Part shown: positions 1 through 10,381 of the stretch, in pieces
Position numbering within the stretch: position 1 is the first letter of the stretch
Layout of the letters: every line of letters begins with the position of its first letter
Source of the DNA: Bacillota bacterium
GTDB lineage: Bacteria > Bacillota > Clostridia > Caldicoprobacterales > Caldicoprobacteraceae
Assembly: GCA_023622385.1 (NCBI GenBank)
Contig: JAMNZI010000063.1
Location: 1,887 to 65,886 of the forward strand
Direction: 5' to 3'
Length of the DNA: 64,000 nt
Program-made: the position numbers and the translations under genes
Notes under the pieces: generated by a model
What the model was told of the DNA's origin: nothing
Seen by the model: only the letters and a program-made list of their open reading frames with translations
The model's database searches: none

Positions 1-753
1 CAGTCCGCCTCCAGGATTCTTTATGAGGGAACCTACAGCTATATCCGCACCTACATGGCACGGTTCCAACTCCTCGGTAAACTCTCCATAGCAGTTGTCA
101 ACCATAACGAGAACGTCGCTTCTCTTGCTCTTTATATCCTGTAAGGCCTTTTTGATTTGCTGCACCGACAGCGATGGTCTGAGGCTATAGCCCCTTGAGC
201 GCTGTATTAAGATCAGCTTGATCTTCTGATCTTCCAGCAATGACAGCACGGCCGGTATATCGATATTCCCATCAGGGGTCAGATCAACCTGCTTATAGCC
301 CACTCCCCACTCGGCAAGCGAACCGTCGGAAGGCTCTTCCACCAGGCCAATGACCTCCTCCAGAGTGTCATACGGCTTTCCGGTAATGGACAGAACGATA
401 TCGCCCGGCCTTGTGAGGGCAAACAGGCAGTCGCTTATGACGTGGGTCCCGGAAACCCATTGGGGGCGCACTAAAGCATCCTGCCCTCCAAATACCGCTG
501 CGTACAACCTATCCAGCGTGTCCCTTCCTTCATCTCCATACCCGTACCCGGTAGAGGGATAAAAATGCCTCTGGCTTACCTGGCACTCGCCCATAAATTT
601 TAAAATCCTCGCCTGATGGTACTCCCGCAGCGCGTCTATGCGTTCAAATATTGATTTTATCTCATCATGGGCGTCTTCTACAAATTCTGCCACTCTTTGT
701 GGTATGCCCATATCATCGTACAGTTGTTTCATGCACCTTAAGCTCAACGCCAC
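1..753 (-). CDS. ynbB: Methionine gamma-lyase / aluminium-resistance (YnbB) family PLP-dependent enzyme; 3' part runs off the window
   Basis: Not in the ORF track because it has no stop in the window. Manual translation is open from GTG at 753 (SD AAAGGGGGAG upstream; alternative ATG at 732) to base 1: MKQLYDDMGIP...STGYGYGDEGRDTLDRLYA...VRPQWVSGTH...ITGKPYDTLEEVIG...IQRSRGY...VDNCYGEF...GADIAVGSLIKNPGGGL. These are family hallmarks including the PLP lysine. Usual position downstream of hfq in clostridia. Confidence 0.9.
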   Translation of the reverse strand, partial: MALSLRCMKQLYDDMGIPQRVAEFVEDAHDEIKSIFERIDALREYHQARILKFMGECQVSQRHFYPSTGYGYGDEGRDTLDRLYAAVFGGQDALVRPQWVSGTHVISDCLFALTRPGDIVLSITGKPYDTLEEVIGLVEEPSDGSLAEWGVGYKQVDLTPDGNIDIPAVLSLLEDQKIKLILIQRSRGYSLRPSLSVQQIKKALQDIKSKRSDVLVMVDNCYGEFTEELEPCHVGADIAVGSLIKNPGGGL

Positions 754-877
754 AGCTTCTCCCCCTTTAAAATACGAAACCCTTTGGCCAAGCTGCAATA
801 CGCTGTTCTACAGCTTCTAAAGCCAAAGGATTTCAGACCAAACTCACATAAAAACGTTACAAATCCGATCTAAAACA

Positions 878-1174
878 TCAATTTTCCGTTTCAAGAGAAT
901 TGGTTTTTTCCTTGCTGGCATTGTTAGCGTTATTATTGCTGTTATTGCCACTTGCAAAAACAACCTGGCGGGCTGGGGTTACGGTAGAAACGGCATGCTT
1001 ATATATCATCATCTGTTTGCCTTCGTTCTCAAACAGGATGATGAAATTGTCAAAACCCTTGATCAGCCCTTTGAGCTGAAACCCGTTGATCAGGTGAATA
1101 GTAACGGGTATCCGTTCCTTCCGCAGCTGATTGAGATAAGCATCTTGCAAAAGAATCGTCACCTTGTTTGCCAT
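878..1174 (-). CDS. hfq: RNA chaperone Hfq
   Basis: [28 protein letters not shown] (Sm1) and [11 protein letters not shown] (Sm2); Asn-rich C-terminal tail; follows miaA. Confidence 0.97.
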   Translation of the reverse strand: MANKVTILLQDAYLNQLRKERIPVTIHLINGFQLKGLIKGFDNFIILFENEGKQMMIYKHAVSTVTPARQVVFASGNNSNNNANNASKEKTNSLETEN

Positions 1175-1253
1175 TTCTATTAACCACCCTTCAAAAATAA
1201 TATGTAAAGTTTATACTTTATTTTGTTATTTTGCTAATATTATACACGATTTT

Positions 1254-2225
1254 TCAACTGATTAAAAGATTATTTTGGGAATTTATGTTCAACTTTTCTT
1301 TTATATAAGCCAAGCACCACTTGACTAGGGCTTCATACGATTCAAACTGGTCTACATTTACCCATACGATATCTTTTTGGGCCCTGAACCAAGTGAGCTG
1401 GCGTTTTGCATATCGGCGCGTTTCCCGCTTTAAGATGTATATGGCTTCTTCAAGCGATATCCTGCCCTCAAGGTATTCCATCAGCTCTTTATAACCTAGA
1501 CCCTGCATGGATATCATATCCCTGGTATAACCCATCTCTAACATCCGCTTTACCTCATCCAGGAGCCCGTTTTCCATCATTTCATCCACTCGCTGGTTAA
1601 TCCTCTGGTACAGCTTGGCTCTGTCCATGGTAAGCCCTATCATGGCCACGTTATATCTATAGTCCATCTTTTCAAGTTGCTGATTGTATTCCGACATGGG
1701 CTTGCCGGTCAGATGATATACCTCTAAAGCCCTGATCACCCTGCGTACATCGTTGGGATGAAGCCGTGCTGCCGTTTTGGGATCCACAGCCTGAAGCTTC
1801 CTATGCAGGTATTCTTTACCCATGGTCTCAGCCTGGCGCTGAAGCTCTTTCCTGAACTTCGGGTCATAGGAAGCATCGGTAAAATTCATGGGATATAACA
1901 AGGATTTTATGTACAGGCCTGTACCCCCTACCACTATGGGAAGCTTACCCCTGCTGTGTATATCATCGATTGCCTGTGTGGCCAACCTTTGATATTCGGC
2001 CACGCTGAACTCCTGGCCTGGATCTATGACATCCATCATGTGATGGGGTATCCCCTGCCGCTCCTCAGCTGTAGGCTTGGCAGTACCTATATCCATATAC
2101 CTATATATCTGCATGGAGTCGGCCGAGACAATCTCTCCGTTCAAAGCCTTGGCAAGCTCAATGGACAGCTTGGTCTTTCCTACAGCCGTTGGCCCTACGA
2201 TCACCACCAAAGGCTTTTTCTCCAT
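1254..2225 (-). CDS. miaA: tRNA dimethylallyltransferase
   Basis: GPTAVGKT P-loop, EIVSADSMQIYRYMDIGTAKP, VGGTGLY, TRRYAKRQLTWF. Confidence 0.98.
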   Translation of the reverse strand: MEKKPLVVIVGPTAVGKTKLSIELAKALNGEIVSADSMQIYRYMDIGTAKPTAEERQGIPHHMMDVIDPGQEFSVAEYQRLATQAIDDIHSRGKLPIVVGGTGLYIKSLLYPMNFTDASYDPKFRKELQRQAETMGKEYLHRKLQAVDPKTAARLHPNDVRRVIRALEVYHLTGKPMSEYNQQLEKMDYRYNVAMIGLTMDRAKLYQRINQRVDEMMENGLLDEVKRMLEMGYTRDMISMQGLGYKELMEYLEGRISLEEAIYILKRETRRYAKRQLTWFRAQKDIVWVNVDQFESYEALVKWCLAYIKEKLNINSQNNLLIS

Positions 2226-2238
2226 TTCTCCCCTCTCC

Positions 2239-4110
2239 CTATTGTATCCTTTTGAACTTCTTTTCCAGCTCGTATTTGGTGATGGCCACTACGATAGGCC
2301 TTCCATGGGGGCAGGTCAAAGGAATTCTTTGCTCCTGGATATCGTTAAGGAGGGACAGAATTTCTTTGTCCGATAGAGGATCCCGCGCTTTTACAGCATG
2401 CTTGCAGGCTATTCTCATTATGTCATGCGGTTTGAATGCAATGGAAAGATGTGCATCTTTTTCCCCCTTCCACTGGTCCAAGACATTGTAAAACAGCTCT
2501 TTGATGTTCGCGCCGCTCACTGCAGCCGGTATAGCTCTCACTGCCCATGCGTTTCCTCCAAAGGGCTCCAGCTCAAATCCCAGCGATTTAAAGGCCTCCA
2601 ATGCCTCCTGAAGCAGCATGTGCTCATCATGAGAAAGCTGGATTACTACTGGAGGCAAAAGCTGCTGGCTGGCCACGCTGTGCTTCTCCATGCTCCTTTT
2701 AATCTGCTCGTATATCAGCCGTTCATGGGCCGCGTGTTGGTCTATGAAAAACACGCCGTCTTCGCTTTCCACTATGACATAGGTTGAAAAGATCCTTCCA
2801 ATAATCTTAAAATTAACCAGCCTGTTTATATTATGCTCATAAATTCTCCCATCTAAACCTTCATTGGCATATTTTTTCTCCTGCCGCTTAAAACCGTCAT
2901 CATATACATAGACATGCCTAACCTGCTCCGGCCTTTTCAAAAACGATACCTGTTCCTGCTTAAGTTTTAGCTGCTGACAACTTCCATCAACCTGATCAAA
3001 CTCAGTATTTTCTCGATTTTGAATCCCCTCATTATCTTGCTGTTCATTATCCAAGTTTTCGGCATCTGAATGATTTATTCCCCGGATATCCCGATGGCTT
3101 ATGTCCGGAATATACGGGTGCGCATCCAACGCTTCTTTGACCCACTGAAAGATGAGGGAGTACACCTTCTCTTCCCGCCTGAACCTTATCTCGGTCTTGG
3201 CGGGGTGCACGTTTACGTCAACCTCGCTGGCTGGTATGCTTATATGCAGGACAGCCCACGGAAAGTGATGCAATGGCAGACAAGAGCTGTGAGCTTCCTC
3301 TAGGCTTCTCGACAACAGTGGACTTTTTACGTAACGTCCGTTGACAAAAAAGGACTGATGGTTACGGTTCATCCTAGCAAGGGATGGCCTGCCCAAGTAC
3401 CCATACACGGATAAACCGCTTTTGTCATCGCTTCTATCTATCTTGATGAGCTGCTCCCTTACTTCCCTTCCATATATCGATATTATAGCCGACAGCAAGT
3501 CGCCATTTCCTGGGGAATGGTATACGGCCTTGCTGTTGTTTATATAACGAAATGAAATCTCCGGATGAGCGAGTATGAGCTTGGCCACCAGATCGCTGAT
3601 ATATGCCGCCTCTGTTCTTGGGGCTTTAAGGAATTTGAGCCGCGCTGGCGCATTGTAAAATATATTTTTAACGATTACCGTGGTGCCCTCAGGGCATCCT
3701 ACCTCCTGTACCGATATGACGTTGCCGCCGTGATTCATGACGTGGGTACCCGAGAGGGAGTTGCGCGGCCGCGTGAATATCTCCACCTGTGAAACCGAGG
3801 CTATGCTGGCCAGCGCCTCACCCCTGAAGCCCAGGGAACGGATTTCATAGAGATCATCGCTAGACCTGATCTTGCTGGTGGCATGGCGCTCAAAGCACAT
3901 CCGGGCATCCTGCTGGTCCATCCCTTCTCCGTTATCGGTAACCCTGATGAAGGATATGCCGCCATCCTTTATCTCTATGGTGATAGCAGAGCTACCCGCA
4001 TCTATGGAGTTCTCTACCAGCTCCTTTACCACCGAGGCTGGCCTTTCCACCACCTCGCCCGCCGCTATTTGGTTTATGGTAAATTCATCCAGTATGTTAA
4101 TTTTGGGCAA
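2239..4110 (-). CDS. mutL: DNA mismatch repair endonuclease MutL
   Basis: NQIAAGEVVERPASVVKELVENSIDAG, GFRGEAL, endonuclease motif DQHAAHER, ACK and CPHGRP. Confidence 0.98.
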   Translation of the reverse strand: MPKINILDEFTINQIAAGEVVERPASVVKELVENSIDAGSSAITIEIKDGGISFIRVTDNGEGMDQQDARMCFERHATSKIRSSDDLYEIRSLGFRGEALASIASVSQVEIFTRPRNSLSGTHVMNHGGNVISVQEVGCPEGTTVIVKNIFYNAPARLKFLKAPRTEAAYISDLVAKLILAHPEISFRYINNSKAVYHSPGNGDLLSAIISIYGREVREQLIKIDRSDDKSGLSVYGYLGRPSLARMNRNHQSFFVNGRYVKSPLLSRSLEEAHSSCLPLHHFPWAVLHISIPASEVDVNVHPAKTEIRFRREEKVYSLIFQWVKEALDAHPYIPDISHRDIRGINHSDAENLDNEQQDNEGIQNRENTEFDQVDGSCQQLKLKQEQVSFLKRPEQVRHVYVYDDGFKRQEKKYANEGLDGRIYEHNINRLVNFKIIGRIFSTYVIVESEDGVFFIDQHAAHERLIYEQIKRSMEKHSVASQQLLPPVVIQLSHDEHMLLQEALEAFKSLGFELEPFGGNAWAVRAIPAAVSGANIKELFYNVLDQWKGEKDAHLSIAFKPHDIMRIACKHAVKARDPLSDKEILSLLNDIQEQRIPLTCPHGRPIVVAITKYELEKKFKRIQ

Positions 4111-4121
4111 AGCGTTCCCTC

Positions 4122-6746
4122 CTATTGATGTTTAGCCTTTTCTACCAGGCGGTACAGGATGTTCATGGCCTCAATGGGAGTGATGTTCAATACGTCTATG
4201 TTTTTAAGCTCTTCTTCGATCTCCGATGGCCTCGGGATGAAAAATGAAAGCTGCTCACCCATGGGCTTTTTCTCGGCTACATAGGAGGTGGCAGCTGAAG
4301 TTTTTTTGGCGATGTCAGATTCTTCAAGCTGAGACAATATGGCCTTGGCCCTTTCAATAACCGCTTCAGGCAGGCCGGCCAGCCTGGCCACCTGTATCCC
4401 AAAGCTCTTGTCGGAACCACCTCTCACGATCTTCCTTAAGAATATTATATCATCTCCCTGTTCCTTGACCGATATGCAGTAGTTTTTAACGCCTGGCAGC
4501 TTGTCCTCAAGCTCGGTGAGCTCGTGATAATGGGTGGCAAACAGAGTCTTGCAACCCAGCGACTTTTGCGTGCAGATATATTCTATTACAGCCCATGCGA
4601 TGCTCAGGCCATCGAAGGTACTGGTCCCTCTGCCGATCTCGTCCAGGATGAGCAGGCTGTCCGGAGTGGCGTTGTGCAGTATGTTGGCTACCTCGTTCAT
4701 CTCCACCATGAAGGTACTTTGACCAGCGGCCAGGTCATCCGATGCTCCTATGCGGGTAAATATTCTATCCACTATGCCGATTTTCGCCTCACGGGCAGGG
4801 ACAAAGCTGCCTATCTGGGCCATGAGGACTATAAGGGCTACCTGCCTCATGTAAGTGCTCTTGCCGGCCATGTTGGGGCCGGTGATTATCATCAAGCGGT
4901 GATCTGACTTATCAAGGTATGTATCATTGGGCACAAACATGCCGCCAGATAAGGTCTTTTCCACCACCGGGTGTCGTCCATCCTTTATGGAAATAACGCC
5001 ATCGGTGGTAATTTGAGGGCGCACATAATCGTTCTCTATAGCCACCCTAGCCAGCGAGCAGAGAACGTCCAATGTCGAGATTATCTGTGCTGCAGCCTGT
5101 ATCCTATCGACGTGCCTGGAAATCTCCTCCCTTATTTCCAGAAAAAGCTGGTATTCCAGCTTAACGCTCTTTTCTTCGGCCCCTAAAATGGCGTCTTCCA
5201 TCTCCTTAAGCTCTGGAGTGATATATCGCTCGGCATTGGCCAGGGTCTGCTTGCGTATATAGTCCTTGGGCACCATATCGTAATATGACTTGGTGACCTC
5301 GATATAGTAGCCAAATACCTTATTGAAGCCCACCCTCAAGTTCTTTATGCCGGTTTTCTCCCTTTCCTTCTGCTCGAGGGAGGCGATCCACTCCTTGCCC
5401 TCACGCATGGCCCTGCGATACTGGTCAAGCTGTGCATTATACCCATCCTTTATGATATTGCCCTCCTTGATGGTGGGCGGAGGATCCTCGGCAATGGCCT
5501 CCTCAATCAGCCTGTATACGTCATCTAAAGTATCCAGGTTGGCATATGCATCTTTGAGGATAGCCGATTTGCAATTCTGAAGCAGCTTCTTTATATCGGG
5601 CAGATTCTTGACCGACTGCTTTAAAGAGAGCAGGTCGCGCGCGTTGGCGGTCCCGTAAGATATGCGCGCCATCAGCCTTTCAAGGTCATAGACCCGCTTG
5701 AGCATAGCGCATAGGTCATCCAGCAAGATCCTGTCGCTTAAAAGCTCCTCCACGCCATCCAGCCGGTATTCTATCTCTTCCTTTTTTACAAGAGGTTGCT
5801 GTATCCACTTCCTCATGAGTCGGCCACCCATGGCAGTGCTGGTCTTATCAAGCAGCCACAGCAGCGAACCCTTTTTGTCCTTCCCGCGTATGGTCTCGGT
5901 AAGCTCAAGGTTTCTCCTGGTGGCGGCATCCAGCACCATGTAGGACTCAAGGTAATAGGGCTTAATTCGGGTTATATGGCTTAAGGCGCTTTTTTGCGTC
6001 TCGGTCAGGTACTCCATAAGCGCGCCAGCTGCGCAGATGCCATAGCTCATATGCTGACAGCCAAACCCCTCCAGAGAATGCACCGAAAAGTGCTGTATGA
6101 GCTTCTGGTACGCAGAATTATAGCTATAGGCCCACTCGTGGTAAAGGGTGATAAAGGACAAAAATCGCTCCTTCAGCGTGCTCAACAATTGTTGGTCAAG
6201 CTCGGCGCTCTGGTTTATCAATATCTCCCGGGGAGATACCCTGGACAGCTCGTCCAGCAATTTAGCTTGAGCGTTCTGCCCCGTGATCTGGCTGATGTAA
6301 AACTCGCCGGTTGACACGTCTACTATGGAAAATCCGAAATTTAGTCCGTCCTTGAATATGGATACAAGGTAGTTATTGCTCTTTTCCTCCAGCATGGAGT
6401 CTTCCAGCACCGTACCGGGAGTTATTACCCTTACCACCTGCCGCTCCACCAGGCCCTTGGCCTCTTCGGGGTCCTGCATCTGCTCGCATATGGCAATTTT
6501 ATAGCCTTTTTCGATTAGCCTAGCAATATAGCCCTCCACCGAGTGGTAAGGAACGCCGCACATGGGGGCGCGCTCCTTTAAGCCGCAATCCCTTCCGGTC
6601 AGGGCTATTTCCAGCTCCTTTGAGGCTATCACGGCATCATCGAAGAACAGCTCGTAAAAATCCCCCAGCCTAAAAAAAAGAAGAGCGTCTTTATACTGCT
6701 CTTTGATTTTCATGTACTGTTGCATCATGGGAGTAAAACCAGCCAT
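4122..6746 (-). CDS. mutS: DNA mismatch repair protein MutS
   Basis: TPMMQQY, FFRLGDFYELF, TGPNMAGKSTYMRQ, STFMVEM, DEIGRGTST, helix-turn-helix SFGIQVARLAG; C-terminal QLSFF clamp-binding motif. Confidence 0.98.
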   Translation of the reverse strand: MAGFTPMMQQYMKIKEQYKDALLFFRLGDFYELFFDDAVIASKELEIALTGRDCGLKERAPMCGVPYHSVEGYIARLIEKGYKIAICEQMQDPEEAKGLVERQVVRVITPGTVLEDSMLEEKSNNYLVSIFKDGLNFGFSIVDVSTGEFYISQITGQNAQAKLLDELSRVSPREILINQSAELDQQLLSTLKERFLSFITLYHEWAYSYNSAYQKLIQHFSVHSLEGFGCQHMSYGICAAGALMEYLTETQKSALSHITRIKPYYLESYMVLDAATRRNLELTETIRGKDKKGSLLWLLDKTSTAMGGRLMRKWIQQPLVKKEEIEYRLDGVEELLSDRILLDDLCAMLKRVYDLERLMARISYGTANARDLLSLKQSVKNLPDIKKLLQNCKSAILKDAYANLDTLDDVYRLIEEAIAEDPPPTIKEGNIIKDGYNAQLDQYRRAMREGKEWIASLEQKEREKTGIKNLRVGFNKVFGYYIEVTKSYYDMVPKDYIRKQTLANAERYITPELKEMEDAILGAEEKSVKLEYQLFLEIREEISRHVDRIQAAAQIISTLDVLCSLARVAIENDYVRPQITTDGVISIKDGRHPVVEKTLSGGMFVPNDTYLDKSDHRLMIITGPNMAGKSTYMRQVALIVLMAQIGSFVPAREAKIGIVDRIFTRIGASDDLAAGQSTFMVEMNEVANILHNATPDSLLILDEIGRGTSTFDGLSIAWAVIEYICTQKSLGCKTLFATHYHELTELEDKLPGVKNYCISVKEQGDDIIFLRKIVRGGSDKSFGIQVARLAGLPEAVIERAKAILSQLEESDIAKKTSAATSYVAEKKPMGEQLSFFIPRPSEIEEELKNIDVLNITPIEAMNILYRLVEKAKHQ

Positions 6747-6818
6747 ACTAAAAACCCCCCATCATCGATTGCATAAACCCTTTCAACCATCGTCGTTACA
6801 ACCACACATTAACGCATT

Positions 6819-6846
6819 ATTATACCAAAACTCCATCCAGCGTCCA
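6819..6846 (-). promoter_or_regulatory. Probable sigmaA promoter for mutS operon (extended -10)
   Basis: Minus strand TGGACG-16 nt-TATAAT with TG one base upstream of the -10. It overlaps the miaB stop codon, about 70 nt before the mutS ATG. Confidence 0.5.
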
Positions 6847-8199
6847 TGCTTTGGGGAGGGTAATCTTCACATTTACGAGCTGTCCCGTCAGCCCCTTATC
6901 CCCTTCGAAATGCACCAGCTTATTGGTGCGCGTTCTACCCGATAGCTTTTCCGGATTGTTCTTGCTTACGCCTTCCACCAACACCTCCACAACCCTATCC
7001 AAGTACTGCTGATTCTTTGCCTTGCTTATCTCGGTCTGCAGCTCTATGAGCCTATTGAGCCGATCCTTTTTGACCTCTTGGTCCACCTGATCGGGCATGG
7101 CAGCAGCTGGCGTGCCCCTCCGCGGAGAGTACATGAACATGTATGCCGAATCGTACTGCACCCTCTTAACCATATCAAGGGTGTCTTGGAAGTCCTCCTC
7201 GGTCTCTCCGGGGAAACCGACTATCAAGTCGGTGGTGATGGCTATATCGGGAATCCTCTCGCGAAGCCTGTCCACCAGCCTAAGGTAATCCTCTCTGGTG
7301 TAACGCCTGTTCATCTTGCGAAGTATGCGATCGCTCCCAGCCTGAAGGGGCAGGTGAATGTGCTCGCACACCTTCTCGCACTCCGCCATGGCGTCTATGA
7401 GGTCTTGGGACAGGTCCTTGGGATGGGAAGTGACAAACCTGATCCTCTCAATGCCCTCGACTTTATTCACATCCCTCAGCAGGTCGGGGAACAGATACTC
7501 ACTCCCCAGGTCCTTGCCGTAGGAATTCACGTTCTGCCCCAGCAGGGTGATTTCTTTATAACCTTGCTGCGCTAGTTCTCTGGCTTCATCCAATATATCC
7601 TGAGGCCTTCGGCTCCTCTCGCGACCGCGAACATAGGGAACGATGCAATAGGTGCAGAAGTTGTTGCAACCGTACATTATGGTGACATAAGCCGATATAC
7701 CAGCGGTCCTATGGGACCTCAGGCCCTCTACTATCCCACCTTCCTCGTCCAACACTTCCACGACCGAGTGCTCGGCCGATAGGGCTTCATACAGCAGCTT
7801 GGGGAAATGGTGCAGGTTATGGGTGCCAAACACCACATCCACAAACGGGAACTTCTCTATGAGCTCCTCAGCCGCCCCTTTCTGCTGCATCATGCATCCG
7901 CAAACGCCAATGATCATATTGGGCTTTTTACGCTTGTATGGTTGAAGCATGCCCACATTCCCATAAACCCTTTGTTCGGCATGCTCGCGCACGCAGCAGG
8001 TATTGAAAAGTATGAGGTCGGCTTCCTCGATACTGGGCGTCTCCTGGTATCCCATTTCAAGCAGCATGCCTGCCAGCTTTTCGGAATCATGGACGTTCAT
8101 CTGGCAGCCATATGTCACTATATGGTATTTAAGATTTTTATCGCCTATCAGCTGCCTTACGGCCTCAATGTAATCTAACCGTTGCTCCTTTATCGCCAT
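6820..8199 (-). CDS. miaB: tRNA 2-methylthiotransferase MiaB (radical SAM, TRAM)
   Basis: [42 protein letters not shown]-terminal TRAM. Start moved from 8268 to ATG 8199 because of SD GGGAGG and a promoter lying inside the longer ORF. Confidence 0.96.
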   Translation of the reverse strand: MAIKEQRLDYIEAVRQLIGDKNLKYHIVTYGCQMNVHDSEKLAGMLLEMGYQETPSIEEADLILFNTCCVREHAEQRVYGNVGMLQPYKRKKPNMIIGVCGCMMQQKGAAEELIEKFPFVDVVFGTHNLHHFPKLLYEALSAEHSVVEVLDEEGGIVEGLRSHRTAGISAYVTIMYGCNNFCTYCIVPYVRGRERSRRPQDILDEARELAQQGYKEITLLGQNVNSYGKDLGSEYLFPDLLRDVNKVEGIERIRFVTSHPKDLSQDLIDAMAECEKVCEHIHLPLQAGSDRILRKMNRRYTREDYLRLVDRLRERIPDIAITTDLIVGFPGETEEDFQDTLDMVKRVQYDSAYMFMYSPRRGTPAAAMPDQVDQEVKKDRLNRLIELQTEISKAKNQQYLDRVVEVLVEGVSKNNPEKLSGRTRTNKLVHFEGDKGLTGQLVNVKITLPKAWTLDGVLV

Positions 8200-8239
8200 C
8201 TTAGCCTCCCTTGCATCTCCTATTTGCGTTTCATTGATT

Positions 8240-8268
8240 ATTATATCCAGGTGCACAGCTTTATGCAA
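8240..8268 (-). promoter_or_regulatory. sigmaA promoter for miaB
   Basis: Minus strand TTGCAT-17 nt-TATAAT, directly after the M16 peptidase stop. Confidence 0.75.
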
Positions 8269-8277
8269 GCTACAACC

Positions 8278-9543
8278 TCAAGAGCCGCTGTAGCTGGTGC
8301 CATCCAGCACGTTTTCACGGCCCACCAGCGCAATGGCCATGGTATCGGGAGATAGGACCTGATTTGCCACCCTCATCACGTCTTCCATCGTGATATCTTC
8401 AATCTTGGCAAGGACCTCTTCAGGCGTCCTCACTACTCCCAGCAGCAACTCGGCTCTCCCTATAGCGTTCATCCTGCTACTGCTGCTTTCCAGACCTAAA
8501 ATATAGTTGCCTTTCAGCTGCTGTTTGGCAGTGTCAAACTCATCGGCGAAAATGCCTTCAGCCTTGACCTTCTGTATTTCCTCCATTATCAAATCAGCTA
8601 CCTTCTTTGCCTGGGAAGGCTTCATGCTAGCATAGATGGTAAATAGGCCTCCGCAGGTATAAAAAGACGGATATGACACCACGGAATATACCAGACCCTT
8701 GTCCTCCCTTATGTTCTGGAAAAGCCGTGAACTCATGCCACCGCCCAGGAGGTTGTTGAATATCATGAGAGGATATACATCGTCCTGTCCCAGCGGAACT
8801 CCCGGATATCCGATGCACAAGTGTACCTGCTCTATATCCTTCCATCTAAAGAGGTTTGTCGATCGATAGAGGGGCGCAGGGACGCTGCCTTGTCCCACAG
8901 CATGGTCCGACTGTTTCCTCCAATTGCCAAAGAATGTCTCCAATAAATCCATGAGCTGCCCTTCATCAAAGTTGCCAGCTATGGATATCACAGCATTTTG
9001 GGGCAAATATTTTTTATCCAAAAATGAGACCAGCTTTTCACGGTTGAGGTCAAGTATGAACTCTTGGCTACCCAGTATGGAATTGGCCAGCGGATGCCTG
9101 CCCACCAGCGCTTCAACCAATAGGTCATGCGCTAGGTCCTCTGGTGAATCCTCATACATCAGTATCTCCTCCAGCACGACGCCCTTTTCCTTTTCCACCT
9201 CAGCCGGGTCCAGCAAAGAATTGATGATCATATCCGATAGGACATCTATGGCTCGCGGCAGGTGTTCGTCGATCACGTTGCTGTAATAGCAGGTGCATTC
9301 CTTTGCCGTAAAGGCATTGAGCTGCCCTCCCACAGCATCCATGGCCTGGGCAATCTGCTTGGCAGAGCGGTTTTTGGTACCTTTAAATAGCATGTGCTCT
9401 ATAAAATGCGGCATACCGCTGTTCTCAAAGTCCTCGTAAAGGGAGCCTGCTGCGAACCATACGCCTATCGACACCGAACGGAAATGTGGAATCTTTTCTG
9501 TTATGACCCGTATCCCATTGTCGAGTTGATATCTTTTATACAT
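8278..9543 (-). CDS. M16 (pitrilysin-family) zinc peptidase, YmxG/MlpA-like
   Basis: Inverted zinc motif HFIEH, GGQLNAFTAKECT, GGGMSSRLFQNIRE. ATG 9543 chosen; GTG 9552 possible. Confidence 0.92.
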   Translation of the reverse strand: MYKRYQLDNGIRVITEKIPHFRSVSIGVWFAAGSLYEDFENSGMPHFIEHMLFKGTKNRSAKQIAQAMDAVGGQLNAFTAKECTCYYSNVIDEHLPRAIDVLSDMIINSLLDPAEVEKEKGVVLEEILMYEDSPEDLAHDLLVEALVGRHPLANSILGSQEFILDLNREKLVSFLDKKYLPQNAVISIAGNFDEGQLMDLLETFFGNWRKQSDHAVGQGSVPAPLYRSTNLFRWKDIEQVHLCIGYPGVPLGQDDVYPLMIFNNLLGGGMSSRLFQNIREDKGLVYSVVSYPSFYTCGGLFTIYASMKPSQAKKVADLIMEEIQKVKAEGIFADEFDTAKQQLKGNYILGLESSSSRMNAIGRAELLLGVVRTPEEVLAKIEDITMEDVMRVANQVLSPDTMAIALVGRENVLDGTSYSGS

Positions 9544-9611
9544 CCATTTCACCTTTCCTGTTACAGTATTTTATCAAGCATCTTAGGTTCTTCTTATATA
9601 GTTACAGCTTT

Positions 9612-10322
9612 TCACTCGTTGAGCAAGTCTGATATACGTCCAATCTCATACCCCCTCTGGCGAAGGCCGTTTATGATAACCGGCAACGCCTTTATGGTGT
9701 CCTCGGTTGGGTGCATCAAGACGAAAGCACCGTTATGAGGATTTTTAAACACCCTTTTGATGATGCTGTCCACTCCGTCGCCTCTCCAGTCAATGGTATC
9801 AATGCTCCACATTATAGTCTTGTACCCCAGAGACTGAGCGGCTTGCAATGTAGTACTGTTGAAATCCCCATAAGGAGGCGCAAAAAGACGGGTCTTAACG
9901 CCCGTTATCCTTTCTATGATCTGTTCAGCCTTCATTATCTCCTCACGATTTTGTTCAAAGTTGAGCTTGCTATGGTACTTATGGCTGTACCCATGGTTGC
10001 CCAGCTCATGCCCTTCCTGCACCATCCTCTTTAGCAGCTCGGGATTTTGCTCGGCCCATTGCCCGCCTATAAAAAAGGTGATCTTTATGCCGTGTTGCTT
10101 GAATATATCGAGCATTGCGGGCACATATTCGGTCCCCCATACCACGTTGCATTCAAAGGCTATCCGCGGCCGAGAGGCATCCCCTTTGTATATTGGGTTT
10201 CCTGATGACAGGTAATTGAGCACGTGAAGGGTCTCACCGCGCCCTGAATATAGGATGAATGCTACCAGCACAACCACTGCAAAGCATAGTACAAGCGTCC
10301 TTTTCCTCAATACGATAATCAT
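9612..10322 (-). CDS. ylxY: Polysaccharide deacetylase-like membrane protein, YlxY/SwsB type
   Basis: N-terminal TM helix; NodB fold motifs TFFIGG, HELGNHGYSH, LFAPPYG, WSIDTIDW, VLMHP. Motif 1 reads ECNVVWG instead of TFDDG. Located between pnp and the M16 peptidase as ylxY is in Bacillus. Confidence 0.8.
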   Translation of the reverse strand: MIIVLRKRTLVLCFAVVVLVAFILYSGRGETLHVLNYLSSGNPIYKGDASRPRIAFECNVVWGTEYVPAMLDIFKQHGIKITFFIGGQWAEQNPELLKRMVQEGHELGNHGYSHKYHSKLNFEQNREEIMKAEQIIERITGVKTRLFAPPYGDFNSTTLQAAQSLGYKTIMWSIDTIDWRGDGVDSIIKRVFKNPHNGAFVLMHPTEDTIKALPVIINGLRQRGYEIGRISDLLNE

Positions 10323-10329
10323 AAAATCC

Positions 10330-10381
10330 TTTCACCCCTGAATAAAAATATTCCATTAAAATAGGTATTCAGTGGGTGAAA
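10330..10381 (-). promoter_or_regulatory. Inverted repeat covering the ylxY ribosome-binding site, overlapping a possible sigmaE-like promoter
   Basis: Plus strand TTTCACCC-CTGAATA (10330-10344) pairs with TATTCAG-t-GGGTGAAA (10366-10381), loop 21 nt. Minus strand CACATATC-13 nt-AATACCTA resembles sigmaE consensus. Confidence 0.45.

Noticed and set aside
878-960. Asn-rich low-complexity tail of Hfq
   Set aside because: Variable disordered C-tails are normal for Hfq; no clear DNA repeat.
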